A stretch of DNA of 64,000 nucleotides from Gammaproteobacteria bacterium (GTDB taxonomy: Bacteria > Pseudomonadota > Gammaproteobacteria > UBA4575): contig OZ245760.1 in the NCBI GenBank assembly GCA_965227695.1, positions 88,580 to 152,579 on the forward strand, given 5' to 3'. Positions 11,542 to 22,764 of this stretch are shown piece by piece. The position numbers were made by a program, and so were the translations under genes. Within the stretch, counting starts at the first letter, position 1. The number at the start of each line of letters is the position of its first letter. The notes under the pieces are model-generated. The model had not been told where the DNA came from. It did no database searches and worked only from the letters and a program-made list of their open reading frames with translations.

Positions 11542-12324
11542 TTAGATATCTCCAAACATCAAGGCAGTCAAAATAAAATCGAGTCCCAGAACCGCAAGTG
11601 CTGAGCGTACAACCGTCCGAGTCGTGGCACGACTGACACCTTCAGCTGTTGGAACCGCGTCATAACCTTCATACAAAGCTATCCAGTTACAGGCAATGCC
11701 AAATACAATACTTTTGACAACACCATTAACGATATCCCCGGAAAAATCCACATTGGCCTGCATCTGTGACCAGTAGGAACCTGCATCGACGCCAAGCAGG
11801 ACAACGCCGACAAAGTAGCCGCCGAAAATACCAACAGCGCTAAAAATAGCCGCCAGCAAAGGCATGGAAATGATGCCAGCTAAAAATCTGGGCGCGATAA
11901 TACGGCGAATGGGATCAACCGCCATCATTTCCATTGATGCAAGCTGTTCGGTGGTCTTCATTAATCCGATTTCGGCAGTTAATGCCGAACCTGCGCGGCC
12001 TGCATACAAAAGCCCGGTCACGACCGGTCCCAATTCTCTGACCAGCGACAACGCGACAAAAATACCAAGGGACTCTTCCGCATTGAATTTGGAAAAGTTG
12101 ACATAACCCTGCAGACCTAAAACCATACCAACAAACAAGCCGGATATCGTTATGATAACTAGTGAGAGTACCCCAACTGAATAAATTTCCCGCAATGTGA
12201 GGCGAAAGCGGATAATCGCATGACCAATCCCCCGCAGGACAGCAAAAAAGAACATCACTGACCGGCCCAGCGATTCAAGCATGCGCAGGGAAACCTTGCC
12301 TATATTTTGCAACCAGTCGAGCAT
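11542..12324 (-). CDS. mlaE: Phospholipid ABC transporter permease MlaE
   Basis: 260-aa polytopic membrane protein, MlaE family. Confidence 0.8.
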   Translation of the reverse strand: MLDWLQNIGKVSLRMLESLGRSVMFFFAVLRGIGHAIIRFRLTLREIYSVGVLSLVIITISGLFVGMVLGLQGYVNFSKFNAEESLGIFVALSLVRELGPVVTGLLYAGRAGSALTAEIGLMKTTEQLASMEMMAVDPIRRIIAPRFLAGIISMPLLAAIFSAVGIFGGYFVGVVLLGVDAGSYWSQMQANVDFSGDIVNGVVKSIVFGIACNWIALYEGYDAVPTAEGVSRATTRTVVRSALAVLGLDFILTALMFGDI

Positions 12325-12326
12325 GT

Positions 12327-13169
12327 CTATCGTCCTGCCAGCAGATCTTCAATATAATCTGCGGCCGGATAATGGAAAGGAGCAGGGCCATCCGGATAGC
12401 CGTTTAAAAATTGCTGCACCCATTCAGACTTGCTGATACGCAAATCTGAAGGCGTCCCTGATTCTATGATTTCACCGTCTGAGATCACATAAATATAATC
12501 TGCAATGGAAAGAGTTTCTTCGACGTCATGAGATACAATAACGCTAGTCAAACCCATCGCACTATTTAATTGTTTTATCAAAGTCACTATGGTTCCTTTG
12601 GTAATCGGGTCTAATCCGGTGAAGGGCTCATCATACATAATCATCATTGGATCCAGCACTATGGCACGCGCCAGGGCCACACGACGTGCCATGCCACCTG
12701 ATAACTCACTGGGCATCAGTGTTCGAGCGCCTCTCAGGCCAACGGCTTCCAATTTCATGAGGACTAAATCACGCATGATCTGTTCAGGCAGTTGCGTATG
12801 CTCGCGTAACGGAAAAGCGACGTTTTCAAACACATTCAGGTCTGTCAGCAATGCACCACTTTGGAATAACATGCCCATCCGCTTGCGTAATTCAAAAAGT
12901 GCGGCACGAGAAATGGCATGCACATCCTGTCCCTCCACAAGAATTTTTCCACCTGATGGTTTTAGCTGCCCTCCTATCAGTTTTAGCAGAGTTGTCTTGC
13001 CTGTTCCGCTAGGGCCCATAAGTCCGGTTACCTGGCCATGCGGTATATCGAGACTGAGGCCTTTGAAGATCAGCCTGTTGGCACGGGCAAAATGCAGGTC
13101 GCGAATTTCAACAAGGGGTTCGGTTTTCATAGGTACATCGAAGTTGGTCATATCGATTTTTTCGCGCAA
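12327..13169 (-). CDS. mlaF: Phospholipid ABC transporter ATP-binding protein MlaF
   Basis: Walker A GPSGTGKTT, ABC signature LSGGMARR, Walker B. Confidence 0.85.
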   Translation of the reverse strand: MREKIDMTNFDVPMKTEPLVEIRDLHFARANRLIFKGLSLDIPHGQVTGLMGPSGTGKTTLLKLIGGQLKPSGGKILVEGQDVHAISRAALFELRKRMGMLFQSGALLTDLNVFENVAFPLREHTQLPEQIMRDLVLMKLEAVGLRGARTLMPSELSGGMARRVALARAIVLDPMMIMYDEPFTGLDPITKGTIVTLIKQLNSAMGLTSVIVSHDVEETLSIADYIYVISDGEIIESGTPSDLRISKSEWVQQFLNGYPDGPAPFHYPAADYIEDLLAGR

Positions 13170-13300
13170 TCATACGTTGTCTGCTGATTATATGGAATAT
13201 GACTATTAATTCATCATAATTAAAGTGCTTTTTGGACACCGGTAATCCTGTTGTCAAAATCAAAACATGTATAATCGCCACTTTCTCACATTGTTAATAT

Positions 13301-14251
13301 ATGATTGCCATTACTTTTGGTCTGCTGGCTGGATTTGCATTACTTATATGGAGTGCAGATCGCTTCGTTATCGGTGCAGTCGGCCTTGCCCATCACTTCA
13401 ATATCTCACCAATAGTCATCGGAGTCGTTGTCATTGGTTTTGGTACTTCAGCCCCTGAACTATTAATTTCAGGAGTATCTGCATGGCAGGGCAACAGCGG
13501 TCTGGCAATCGGCAATGCCCTGGGTTCAAATATTGCAAACATCGCCCTCATACTTGGCGTTACCGCGTTACTTACTCCCATTTGGGTCGCCCGCCAGACA
13601 TTACAAAGAGAGTTTCCTGTACTTTTTTTAGCCAGCCTGATTGTTTGGTTCACCCTGCAGGACTATCGCCTTTCATTCACTGACGCCTTGATTCTTATTT
13701 TTAGTCTGTTTGCGTTGATCGCCTATGTCGCAACTCATTCCGGCAAAGAGGAAGTTGAACCCAGCCAACCCAAATACGGTTTGGCAAAATCATTTTTATG
13801 GACACTAATAGGCCTGATTCTGCTATTGATCAGTTCCAGGATACTGGTTGATTCAAGCGTAAAGTTAGCCCAGGCTTTTGGCATTTCCGACCTTGTGATT
13901 GGTTTAACCATTGTTGCCATAGGCACCAGCCTGCCAGAACTCGCCGCATCCGTGACAGGCGCCTTAAAACACCATACCGATCTCGCCATCGGCAACGTGC
14001 TCGGCTCCAATATTTTTAATACCCTCGGGGTCGTTGGTGTGCCGGGGCTTATCCATATGTACAATATTCCGGAAGAAGTGCTTTCCCGCGACTTTCCCGT
14101 GATGATCGGATTAACTTTATTATTATTCATCTTTGCCCTGATTACACACAGGGGGAGTGGAATGCATAAGTTAACGGGACTGGCCTTACTGACCTGTTTT
14201 ATTGCTTTTCAGTTCACGGTTTATTATCAAAGTGTCAACCAGTCAATATGA
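13301..14251 (+). CDS. yrbG: Ca2+/Na+ antiporter family membrane protein (YrbG-like, CaCA)
   Basis: Two alpha-repeat motifs (GTSAPEL / GTSLPEL), conserved position upstream of kdsD. Confidence 0.8.
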   Translation: MIAITFGLLAGFALLIWSADRFVIGAVGLAHHFNISPIVIGVVVIGFGTSAPELLISGVSAWQGNSGLAIGNALGSNIANIALILGVTALLTPIWVARQTLQREFPVLFLASLIVWFTLQDYRLSFTDALILIFSLFALIAYVATHSGKEEVEPSQPKYGLAKSFLWTLIGLILLLISSRILVDSSVKLAQAFGISDLVIGLTIVAIGTSLPELAASVTGALKHHTDLAIGNVLGSNIFNTLGVVGVPGLIHMYNIPEEVLSRDFPVMIGLTLLLFIFALITHRGSGMHKLTGLALLTCFIAFQFTVYYQSVNQSI

Positions 14252-15228
14252 ATACCCTGCATCCTGACAAAGTCATTCAGATAGCCCAGGCTGTTATCAG
14301 GCAGGAAGCAGACGCAATCCACGATTTGGAGCACAGAATTAACGGTAATTTTGTTACTGCCTGTGAGCATATTGTTAATATAGCCGGACGCGTGGTTGTA
14401 ATGGGCATTGGAAAATCAGGACATATTGGCCGAAAAATTGCCGCCACGTTGGCCAGCACAGGCAGTCCGGCTTTTTTCGTTAGCGCTGCAGAAGCTGCTC
14501 ATGGTGATCTGGGGATGCTGAGCAAAGGCGATGTTGCGATTTTATTATCAAACTCAGGACAATCGGACGAACTGCTATCGTTATTGCCCCCGCTGAAAAG
14601 ACTGGGTATTCCGTTAATCGCCATGACAGGAAACCCGCAATCCTCACTGGCAACGAATGCCACCATTGCTCTGGACATCTCGGTAAAAAAAGAAGCATGT
14701 CCATTGGGCCTCGCGCCAACCACAAGTACGACTGCCATGCTGGCGATGGGTGATGCCCTGGCCATCGCACTACTGGATGCCCGCGGGTTTGATGAAAAAG
14801 ATTTTGCACGCTCACATCCGGCAGGTCGACTGGGCAAAAGATTGCTGATAAAAGTGACAGACATCATGCATACTGGTGACCAAATACCGCGTGTCTATGA
14901 GCACGTTGACTTAAAGCAGGGTTTACTGGAAATGACGAGTAAAGGACTGGGCATGACTGTTGTGACCAGCGAAGACAATCTGGTGTTGGGTATTTTTACA
15001 GATGGAGACCTGCGGCGGGTTCTGGACAAGGATATGGATATCCATGTTACCCGCATCAAGGATGTCATGACCCGCAATTGCCATACTGCTGACCAACATC
15101 AGCTTGCAGCAGAAATTCTCGAAGTCATGCAAAAATTACGCATCAATTCCATCCCCGTCACAGATAAAAATAACCGGCTTATCGGCGCACTGAATATGCA
15201 TGATCTCCTCAACGCTGGCGTGATATAG
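14248..15228 (+). CDS. kdsD: Arabinose-5-phosphate isomerase (SIS plus tandem CBS)
   Basis: SIS domain (VVVMGIGKSGHIGRKIAATLASTGSPAFF) plus CBS pair; synteny. Confidence 0.85.
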   Translation: MNTLHPDKVIQIAQAVIRQEADAIHDLEHRINGNFVTACEHIVNIAGRVVVMGIGKSGHIGRKIAATLASTGSPAFFVSAAEAAHGDLGMLSKGDVAILLSNSGQSDELLSLLPPLKRLGIPLIAMTGNPQSSLATNATIALDISVKKEACPLGLAPTTSTTAMLAMGDALAIALLDARGFDEKDFARSHPAGRLGKRLLIKVTDIMHTGDQIPRVYEHVDLKQGLLEMTSKGLGMTVVTSEDNLVLGIFTDGDLRRVLDKDMDIHVTRIKDVMTRNCHTADQHQLAAEILEVMQKLRINSIPVTDKNNRLIGALNMHDLLNAGVI

Positions 15229-15230
15229 CC

Positions 15231-15764
15231 ATGATGAATACAGAAACTGTTAACAAAATAGCGCGCACTATTGAATTAGTCGTTTTTGATGTCGATGGTG
15301 TATTTACCGATGGCATGATCTGGCTGAACCATTATGGCGAAGAGATCAAATCTTTTAATGTGCGCGATGGTCATGGTATTCGAATGTTGATGCACCACGG
15401 TATAGATGTCGCCGTTATTTCCGGCCGCCACTCACAGGCGGTCAATGTCCGCATGGAGGAGCTTGGTGTAACCACGATCATGCAGGGACATATCGATAAA
15501 CGTGTTGCTCTCACACAATTATTGGAAGACAAAAGTCTTCCGGCAGAAAAAACAGCCTTTGTCGGGGATGATATTATCGACGTTCCGGCCATGCAGATGG
15601 CAGGGTTATCAATCGCGGTTGCGGATGCGCACCCGTGGGTAATCAGCCACGCCAATCACATCACTAAAGCAAATGGAGGCAAAGGCGCCGTTCGAGAAGT
15701 TTGTGAACTGATCATGGATGCCCAGGGTCTACTGGCGAAAGCATTAAGCTACAATGTGCAATGA
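15231..15764 (+). CDS. kdsC: 3-deoxy-D-manno-octulosonate 8-phosphate phosphatase
   Basis: HAD motif FDVDGVFTDG, 177 aa. Confidence 0.85.
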   Translation: MMNTETVNKIARTIELVVFDVDGVFTDGMIWLNHYGEEIKSFNVRDGHGIRMLMHHGIDVAVISGRHSQAVNVRMEELGVTTIMQGHIDKRVALTQLLEDKSLPAEKTAFVGDDIIDVPAMQMAGLSIAVADAHPWVISHANHITKANGGKGAVREVCELIMDAQGLLAKALSYNVQ

Positions 15765-16318
15765 TTAAACCAATCCTGATAACATCAGCGACATGCCTGA
15801 TAATTGCAGGCCTAAGCCATTACCTGGTCTCTGTCGAGAAAAAATACAGCCAGCAGGTCATGGATCGCCCCGGACAACTCAATTACGAGCACATGTTCAA
15901 AGGCTTCTCTTTAACCAATACTGACGTCAATGGTTCTGCGCATTCTGTCATTCGCTCACCATCTACACGGGTACTGGTCGAACAACACAAAACCTATATG
16001 GATATGCCTGAAATTACGCTGAGTCAGGATCTCCAAACACCGATTGTTATTACCGCCAGATCGGCACAGATGCACCATAAGGACAATACCACTACTTTAA
16101 CCGGCAATGTCCGGGTAACACTGCCTAACGACCAGGATGAATCCGTGGTCATGATGACTGAAAAACTAGAGCTGAACAACATTACGCTCACTGCACAAAC
16201 CGATCTGGCAGCAACCATTATCCATGAAAGAGGTCATATGCAAGGAACAGGCATTGAATTCAACCCTCATCTCAGACAATTCCAGTTTTTAAATAATGTG
16301 CGTGGCATCTATGAATAG
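15761..16318 (+). CDS. lptC: LPS export protein LptC
   Basis: N-terminal TM anchor, about 185 aa, position between kdsC and lptA. Confidence 0.7.
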   Translation: MIKPILITSATCLIIAGLSHYLVSVEKKYSQQVMDRPGQLNYEHMFKGFSLTNTDVNGSAHSVIRSPSTRVLVEQHKTYMDMPEITLSQDLQTPIVITARSAQMHHKDNTTTLTGNVRVTLPNDQDESVVMMTEKLELNNITLTAQTDLAATIIHERGHMQGTGIEFNPHLRQFQFLNNVRGIYE

Positions 16319-16823
16319 CAAAATATATTTATTATTAATTTTCACCCTTTTTAATTATTCTGCCAGCTCTGTATTCGCACGCTCCGATGATAGTGAAAAA
16401 CCAATTCACATCACTGCAGATACTGCCGAATTAAACGATAAGACCGGCGTCAGCATATACCGCGGTGATGTACAAATGGTGCAGGGCACCACCATCCTCA
16501 CCGGAGACATTATTACTGTTTACACGGATAAAAACGAGGTTACCAAGATGATTTCTGTGGGCGATCTCGCAACCTATCAAGAAACCACGGATGATGGTGA
16601 TATTGTTTACGCCGAGTCTGAAGAAATGATTCATAATAACGTGGAAAAGAAAGTCGAATTATTCCGGCGAGGCAAAATAACGCAAGTTGGCAATGTGATA
16701 AAAAGTGACTACATCCTTTACCTCACAGAAGAGGGACTCATTGACACAGGAACCAAGAAAGACCGCATTCAGATCACCATCCAACCCCGTTCTGAGGTAG
16801 CCGACAAAGATGCTGAGCAGTAA
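16296..16823 (+). CDS. lptA: LPS transport periplasmic protein LptA
   Basis: Signal peptide, OstA-like beta-jellyroll, 170-175 aa. Confidence 0.75.
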   Translation: MCVASMNSKIYLLLIFTLFNYSASSVFARSDDSEKPIHITADTAELNDKTGVSIYRGDVQMVQGTTILTGDIITVYTDKNEVTKMISVGDLATYQETTDDGDIVYAESEEMIHNNVEKKVELFRRGKITQVGNVIKSDYILYLTEEGLIDTGTKKDRIQITIQPRSEVADKDAEQ

Positions 16824-17544
16824 CTCTCTATGGGCCCGACAACTGACAAAAACCTATAAAAAACGCCAGGTCGTCAATGGTGTCGATATCGAAGTTCACA
16901 GTGGCGAAATTGTTGGTCTGCTTGGGCCGAATGGTGCCGGAAAAACCACAAGTTTTTATATGATTGTAGGCCTGGTTCGATCAGACTCCGGTAGCATTGG
17001 TCTGAATGACCGGGAAATAACAAAACTACCCATGCATGCACGCGCTCAATGTGGCGTGGGTTATCTGCCTCAGGAAGCCTCGGTATTTCGTGGTCTGACT
17101 GTGGAACAAAATATTATTGCGGTCCTGCAACTGCGAAAAGACATCCACAAGACCATGCAACGTGAAATCTGTGATCGCCTTCTCCAGGAATTACAAATAG
17201 AACATATCAGAAACAGCAAAGGATACAGTTTGTCCGGCGGGGAACGCAGACGTGTTGAGATTGCCCGTGCACTTGCCATTCAGCCGCAATTTATTCTTCT
17301 GGATGAACCATTTGCCGGAGTGGATCCAATTTCGGTAATGGACATACAACGCCTGCTCAAACAACTTACCGATCGAGGCATCGGTTTATTGATCACTGAC
17401 CACAATGTGCGTGAAACCCTGGGTATCTGTAGCCGCGCGTATATACTCAACCATGGCCAAATTATCGCCGAAGGGACACCTGATCAGTTACTGGACGATC
17501 AACAGGTGCGTGATGTATATCTCGGAACAAATTTTAAGTTGTAG
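16810..17544 (+). CDS. lptB: LPS export ABC transporter ATP-binding protein LptB
   Basis: Walker [10 protein letters not shown], signature LSGGERRR. Confidence 0.9.
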   Translation: MLSSNSLWARQLTKTYKKRQVVNGVDIEVHSGEIVGLLGPNGAGKTTSFYMIVGLVRSDSGSIGLNDREITKLPMHARAQCGVGYLPQEASVFRGLTVEQNIIAVLQLRKDIHKTMQREICDRLLQELQIEHIRNSKGYSLSGGERRRVEIARALAIQPQFILLDEPFAGVDPISVMDIQRLLKQLTDRGIGLLITDHNVRETLGICSRAYILNHGQIIAEGTPDQLLDDQQVRDVYLGTNFKL

Positions 17545-17684
17545 CTCCCGGTAAGCGCTACCTCGCAGAAAAAATTGACCATTCCCCGTCGCTGGCAGCA
17601 CCGGCAAGTGCTTCTCAAGTCAATCTTTTTATGTAACTATCGGTTACCATAACAAATAACAAGCAATATCTACGCCAATAATTA

Positions 17685-19142
17685 ATGTTAAAACCATCAC
17701 TCCATTTGCGTGTCGGTCAGTCGCTGTCAATGACACCCCAGCTTCAGCAGGCAATAAAATTGTTGCAGCTTTCATCGCTGGAGTTACAGCAGGAAATACA
17801 ACAGATATATGAAACCAATCCAATGCTGGAAAAAGATGAAGAAAACACATCCGACAAACAGGAGTCTGGCGAAACCATCGATGACTCCACCAGCAGCCTT
17901 CCCGCTGAACAGGATATCACCCAGGCGTCTGACCAGATATCAGAAGACCTGCCAATAGATAGTAACTGGGATGATATCTATCAATCTTCCAATGTATATA
18001 GTGAAACCCCGAGAGAACCCCTGTCGGATATCTATGAAAATGAGAGTGATGACAGCAGTTCACTGCAAGATCATTTGCGCCAGCAAATTGATTTAATTCG
18101 GTTAAACGATACTGACCGTATTATTGGTATCACACTGATCGATGAAATCGATAATGACGGCTACTTGACTGACAGCATTGAAAATATTTACCAGGGGTTA
18201 CTGGAAACGTTCCCGGAATTGGAAATTGACGAGGTCGAAGCAGTCCGCCATCTGATACAACACCTTGACCCAATAGGAACCGCCGCCGTGAACCTGTCGG
18301 AGTGTCTGCAAATACAACTCAATACACTGCCACCAGATACATGCTTCCTCCAACATGCCAAACAGATTGTCAAACACTATATTGAAGCTCTTGGGAGTCG
18401 CAATACCAAACTTATCCAGAGAAAACTCGATTTAACAGAAAACGAACTTCACAGTGCCATCCTGTTAATCCAGGCTTTAAATCCAAGACCCGGCGCCCAG
18501 ATTACCAGTAGCCGCACTCAATACGTTATTCCGGATGTGACTGTATTCAAGCATGCAAATCAATGGCGAGTAGAGTTAAATGTCGAATCAACGCCAAAGC
18601 TGCGAATCAACAATACTTATGCAGATCTGATTAAACGCGCGGATAGCAGTGCCGATAACCACTACATGAAATCCCAGTTACAAGAAGCGCGCTGGTTTAT
18701 TAAAAGCCTGCAAAGCCGTAACGAAACGTTATTAAGGGTCGCCACTTCCATTGTCGAACACCAGCGGAAGTTTCTCGAATACGGCCCTGAAGCGATGAAA
18801 CCCCTCGTTCTGAGGGATATTGCTGAAGAGCTCGAATTGCATGAATCAACAGTCTCCCGTGTGACCACCAGCAAATACATGCACACACCACGTGGTATTT
18901 ACGAATTCAAGTACTTTTTCTCCAGTCATGTCGGCACGGCCGACGGGGGGGTTTGTTCCGCGACCGCCATTCGCGCCATGATAAAAAAACTGATAGAAGA
19001 CGAGAACCACCAGCGGCCGCTGAGTGACAGCAAATTGGCCCAACTGCTGGATGAAAAAGGCATAAAAGTCGCACGCAGAACAGTGGCCAAATATCGGGAA
19101 GCCCTTGCCATCCCCCCATCAAATGAACGCAAGCATCTGTAA
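17685..19142 (+). CDS. rpoN: RNA polymerase sigma-54 factor
   Basis: N-terminal LRLSQ..MTPQLQQAIKLLQLS, C-terminal RpoN box ARRTVAKYRE. Confidence 0.95.
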   Translation: MLKPSLHLRVGQSLSMTPQLQQAIKLLQLSSLELQQEIQQIYETNPMLEKDEENTSDKQESGETIDDSTSSLPAEQDITQASDQISEDLPIDSNWDDIYQSSNVYSETPREPLSDIYENESDDSSSLQDHLRQQIDLIRLNDTDRIIGITLIDEIDNDGYLTDSIENIYQGLLETFPELEIDEVEAVRHLIQHLDPIGTAAVNLSECLQIQLNTLPPDTCFLQHAKQIVKHYIEALGSRNTKLIQRKLDLTENELHSAILLIQALNPRPGAQITSSRTQYVIPDVTVFKHANQWRVELNVESTPKLRINNTYADLIKRADSSADNHYMKSQLQEARWFIKSLQSRNETLLRVATSIVEHQRKFLEYGPEAMKPLVLRDIAEELELHESTVSRVTTSKYMHTPRGIYEFKYFFSSHVGTADGGVCSATAIRAMIKKLIEDENHQRPLSDSKLAQLLDEKGIKVARRTVAKYREALAIPPSNERKHL

Positions 19143-19375
19143 TAAAACAATTTTTTCCTGACTTGTGAGCTATAACTATTTATGACTTGAGTCAAATTAA
19201 TCGACATTGGCCACACATTCACCAGCCATGCTACGTTATCATGTCACAGCAGAAGGGAGCAGGCAGCACGGACTGCAAAACATAATCTTCAGCGAAATAC
19301 AACTGGCGTTGTATCATCATGGGGGTTATAAATATACTTTGAATTAACCTTTAATTCACATACATGGAGGGATCA

Positions 19376-19696
19376 ATGCAGATAGAACTTACTGGGCACC
19401 ATCTCGAAATTACACCAGCTATTCGCAACTTCGTTCACGAAAAATTCAAGCGCCTGGAAAGACACTTTGACCATGTCATCAACACACACGTTGTATTGTC
19501 CGTTGAAAAGATTCGCCACCAGGCCGAGGCATCTATGCTGGTCAGCAGAAATAAAATTTTTGCCAACGCAACCGCCGATGATATGTATGTTGCCATTGAT
19601 GAACTCATCAATAAGCTTGACCGCCAGATCGTCAAACACAAAGAAAAAACCAAGGACCATCATAACCACGAAGGGATGCACCGCAACCTGACGTAG
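19376..19696 (+). CDS. hpf: Ribosome hibernation promoting factor
   Basis: MQIELTGHHLEITPAIRNFV typical HPF/RaiA N-terminus. Confidence 0.85.
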   Translation: MQIELTGHHLEITPAIRNFVHEKFKRLERHFDHVINTHVVLSVEKIRHQAEASMLVSRNKIFANATADDMYVAIDELINKLDRQIVKHKEKTKDHHNHEGMHRNLT

Positions 19697-19725
19697 GCCC
19701 CAATCGTCCAAACCTGATAGAAATT

Positions 19726-20202
19726 ATGGAAAATACTTCGCTCGCTCGCTACCTGGAGGCAGGCCGAATACTGCTGTTAGATGAAATTAGCAGTAAAAAG
19801 CGAGTGTTTGAGTTGCTTGGAGAACTGCTTGTTAAAGATCTGCCAAATATCCAGGCAACTCATGTGAGCGCAGCCCTGCAGGCAAGGGAGCGCCTCGGTT
19901 CTACAGCGCTTGGAGAAGGTGTGGCCATACCACACTGCCGCATCGACAGCATAAGCGAGATTCGCTGTGCCGTAATCAAGCTCCATCAAGGCGTTGACTT
20001 TGATGCTCCGGATAACCAGGATGTTGCGCTTTTCTATGCGCTCATGGTCCCGGAGGAGGCTACAGATGAGCACCTGAAAACCCTCGGCCTGCTTGCTGAA
20101 TACTTATCCAAGCAAGAAAACCGCAACAAACTGAGGCAGTGTGAAACGGCAGATGAATTACTAGACATATTTGCAGAAACCTCTGATAAGCATGCCGCAT
20201 AA
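19726..20202 (+). CDS. ptsN: PTS IIA-like nitrogen regulatory protein (EIIA-Ntr)
   Basis: EIIA fructose/Ntr-type fold with conserved His (AIPHCR), position after hpf. Confidence 0.8.
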   Translation: MENTSLARYLEAGRILLLDEISSKKRVFELLGELLVKDLPNIQATHVSAALQARERLGSTALGEGVAIPHCRIDSISEIRCAVIKLHQGVDFDAPDNQDVALFYALMVPEEATDEHLKTLGLLAEYLSKQENRNKLRQCETADELLDIFAETSDKHAA

Positions 20203-20263
20203 TACTGGCAGTCTGTAGCTATCACGCTTAGACTACGCGCTGTAATTCAATCATGCTGACCAG

Positions 20264-21208
20264 ATGGCAGACAAGACAACACCACAATCCATCCTAGACT
20301 CACTAAGCGGCGAGCTTGAGCTTTCTATATGGTACGGTGAAGAGTTTGTTGATCACCCTTTCTCGCATCACAGTTTCAATGACGACTCCGCCACACTGGT
20401 TGGCTATTTTAATTTAATTCACTCAAGCCAGGCACAGATACTCGGCAATGTTGAGTTAAACTATTTAAATTCACTCAGCAATCAAGAAAAACAGCGCGCT
20501 TACGAACGCCTGTTTGGTCGCGACACTATTGCTATTTTTTTTACAGACTGCCTAATGCCACCTTTGGAACTAAAGTCTTTGGCTGATAAATACAAAGTTC
20601 CAATCTTTTGTTCCAATGTTTCATCTACCGGCGTAATTACCCATTTGCGATATTTCTTATCGCGCGCACTTGCCGATAAAGTAACGCTACATGGTGTTTT
20701 CATGGAAGTCAGCAGTCTGGGCGTGATGCTTACCGGAGAAAGTGGACTGGGTAAAAGTGAACTGGCGCTGGAGCTTGTGACCCGGGGACACCGGTTAATT
20801 GCTGATGACGCTCCGGAATTCATGCGTATCGCCCCTGATATCATCATGGGCTCGTGTCCACCTCTGTTGAGAAACTTTCTCGAAGTGAGGGGTCTCGGAG
20901 TTCTGAACATCCGCAAAATGTATGGTGACAGCGCGATAAAATTCAGCAAGTATCTTCGCTTAATTATTCATCTGACGGCGATGCAGTCTATTCCCAAATC
21001 AGAAGACCGCTTATCAACACCACAACTTAAAAAAAATGTTCTCGGACTTGAGATACCTGTTATCAGGGTCCCTGTCGCGGCGGGCAGGAATCTCGCGGTG
21101 ATGACCGAGGCTGCGGTACGAAACCATCTGCTGACGCTGAAAGGGTATAATGCGGCAGATAACTTTATTCGCCTGCAACAGGAATCCATCAAAAAAGCGT
21201 CGTCATGA
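20264..21208 (+). CDS. hprK: HPr kinase/phosphorylase
   Basis: P-loop GESGLGKSELALEL and HprK C-terminal domain. Confidence 0.8.
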   Translation: MADKTTPQSILDSLSGELELSIWYGEEFVDHPFSHHSFNDDSATLVGYFNLIHSSQAQILGNVELNYLNSLSNQEKQRAYERLFGRDTIAIFFTDCLMPPLELKSLADKYKVPIFCSNVSSTGVITHLRYFLSRALADKVTLHGVFMEVSSLGVMLTGESGLGKSELALELVTRGHRLIADDAPEFMRIAPDIIMGSCPPLLRNFLEVRGLGVLNIRKMYGDSAIKFSKYLRLIIHLTAMQSIPKSEDRLSTPQLKKNVLGLEIPVIRVPVAAGRNLAVMTEAAVRNHLLTLKGYNAADNFIRLQQESIKKASS

Positions 21209-22065
21209 GAATCCTCATTATTACTGGCCTGTCTGGTTCGGGCAAATCTGTCGCCCTAAACACTCTGGAAGACGATGACTTTTATTGCGTCGATAACCTT
21301 CCGGTATCATTACTCCCAACACTGATTAACCAATGCCTGGAAGAAGAGAAACAGTATCATGAGAAAATTGCCATCGGGATTGATTCAAGGTCGGGCAATG
21401 CCAGCATTGACAAGTTAATTGATATTGTTCAAACCCTAAAAAATGATAATGTCCCTGTTGAAGTACTTTTTTTCAGTGCCGAAATCAATACACTCATCAA
21501 AAGATTCAGCGAAACACGTCGCAAGCATCCCTTAACCGCTCAGGATGTGCCACTAATCAAGGCAATTCACCTTGAGAAAGAAATGCTTAACAAAATTGCC
21601 GATTATGCAGATTTAAACATCGACACGACAAAAACCAATGTGCGCCAACTACGCGCACTTGTTAACAAGGTCGTTGCAAACAAATCCTCCGGCGACCTGA
21701 CCATCGTGCTCCAGTCATTTGGTTTCAAGCACGGTATTCCGAATGATTCCGATTTTATGTTTGATGTACGCTGTTTACCTAACCCTTACTGGCAACCCAA
21801 TTTGCGCCATTTGTCAGGCAAAGATACTGCCGTAATGAATTATCTGGGTTCATATAGCGAAGTTGACCGCATGATTCAGTCAATTATTGATTTCATGCAG
21901 ACATGGATACCTTTATTTGAGCAAGAGAATCGAAGTTACCTGACTGTTTCTATTGGCTGTACAGGTGGTCATCACCGTTCCGTGTACTGTATCAACCAAA
22001 TCGCTCATCAATTAGGCAAGAGCATTCATCAGCCAATCACCGTGCGACACAGGGAGTTTGAGTAA
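21205..22065 (+). CDS. rapZ: RNase adapter protein RapZ (YhbJ)
   Basis: Walker A GLSGSGKS at N-terminus, 286 aa. Confidence 0.85.
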   Translation: MRILIITGLSGSGKSVALNTLEDDDFYCVDNLPVSLLPTLINQCLEEEKQYHEKIAIGIDSRSGNASIDKLIDIVQTLKNDNVPVEVLFFSAEINTLIKRFSETRRKHPLTAQDVPLIKAIHLEKEMLNKIADYADLNIDTTKTNVRQLRALVNKVVANKSSGDLTIVLQSFGFKHGIPNDSDFMFDVRCLPNPYWQPNLRHLSGKDTAVMNYLGSYSEVDRMIQSIIDFMQTWIPLFEQENRSYLTVSIGCTGGHHRSVYCINQIAHQLGKSIHQPITVRHREFE

Positions 22066-22468
22066 ATACATGCCAGTAGGGGTTCTAATCATTACACATG
22101 GCGATATTGGAGAAGAATTGTTGCGCACCGCAACCTCCACGCTTGGTGGCAGCCTTCCGCTGCAATGTCGTGCATTGTCTATTGCTCCATCGTGTGATCC
22201 TGATCAGCAGCATGAAAAAGCACTTGCGATCATCTCGTCACTAAATGATGGTAGTGGCGTTTTAATATTAACCGACATGTTCGGCTCGACACCGAGCAAT
22301 ATTGCCAACCGTCTAAAACAGCAAAACGACGTCGAAGTAATCGCCGGGGTCAACCTGCCCATGTTTATTCGCATTTTAAATTATCCTGACGCGGACTTGA
22401 GCGAAATGAAACAAAAAGCGTTATCAGGCGGGCATGATGGCATCATTTCATGCAACGAGGGGAATTAA
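22058..22468 (+). CDS. PTS EIIA component, mannose/fructose family-like
   Basis: 136 aa, ITHGDIG N-terminal motif of EIIA-Man fold. Confidence 0.6.
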   Translation: MSKYMPVGVLIITHGDIGEELLRTATSTLGGSLPLQCRALSIAPSCDPDQQHEKALAIISSLNDGSGVLILTDMFGSTPSNIANRLKQQNDVEVIAGVNLPMFIRILNYPDADLSEMKQKALSGGHDGIISCNEGN

Positions 22469-22472
22469 AAGG

Positions 22473-22742
22473 ATGTTAGAAGACCAGGTAACGATTTGCA
22501 ACAAACTCGGCTTACATGCACGCGCCGCAGCCAAGTTTGTCGCCGCAGCAAGTGAATTTGAGTCTGAGATTGAAGTAGAAAAGGATGGCAAACGTGTAAA
22601 CGGTAAAAGTATTATGGGAGTAATGATGCTTGCGGCCAGCAAGGGCACAACCATCACCCTTTTTATCGAAGGCAATGACGCGCAGGCTGCCATGACCACA
22701 ATCAAACAGCTTGTGCTTGATCGTTTCGGAGAGGACGAGTAA
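22473..22742 (+). CDS. ptsO: Phosphocarrier protein HPr/NPr
   Basis: Active-site His context LGLHARAAAKFV; start placed at MLEDQ (ORF opens at 22434). Confidence 0.8.
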   Translation: MLEDQVTICNKLGLHARAAAKFVAAASEFESEIEVEKDGKRVNGKSIMGVMMLAASKGTTITLFIEGNDAQAAMTTIKQLVLDRFGEDE

Positions 22743-22764
22743 CTTCATACCAGTAGAAAATCAT

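Noticed and set aside
12589-13209. 206-aa plus-strand ORF
   Set aside because: It lies entirely antisense to mlaF, which has clear ABC ATPase motifs. Its composition is Arg/Ser/Pro-rich, as expected for the reverse frame of a GC-moderate gene.
14499-14867. 122-aa and 111-aa minus-strand ORFs inside kdsD
   Set aside because: Antisense to a well-supported SIS/CBS gene, with no independent signals.
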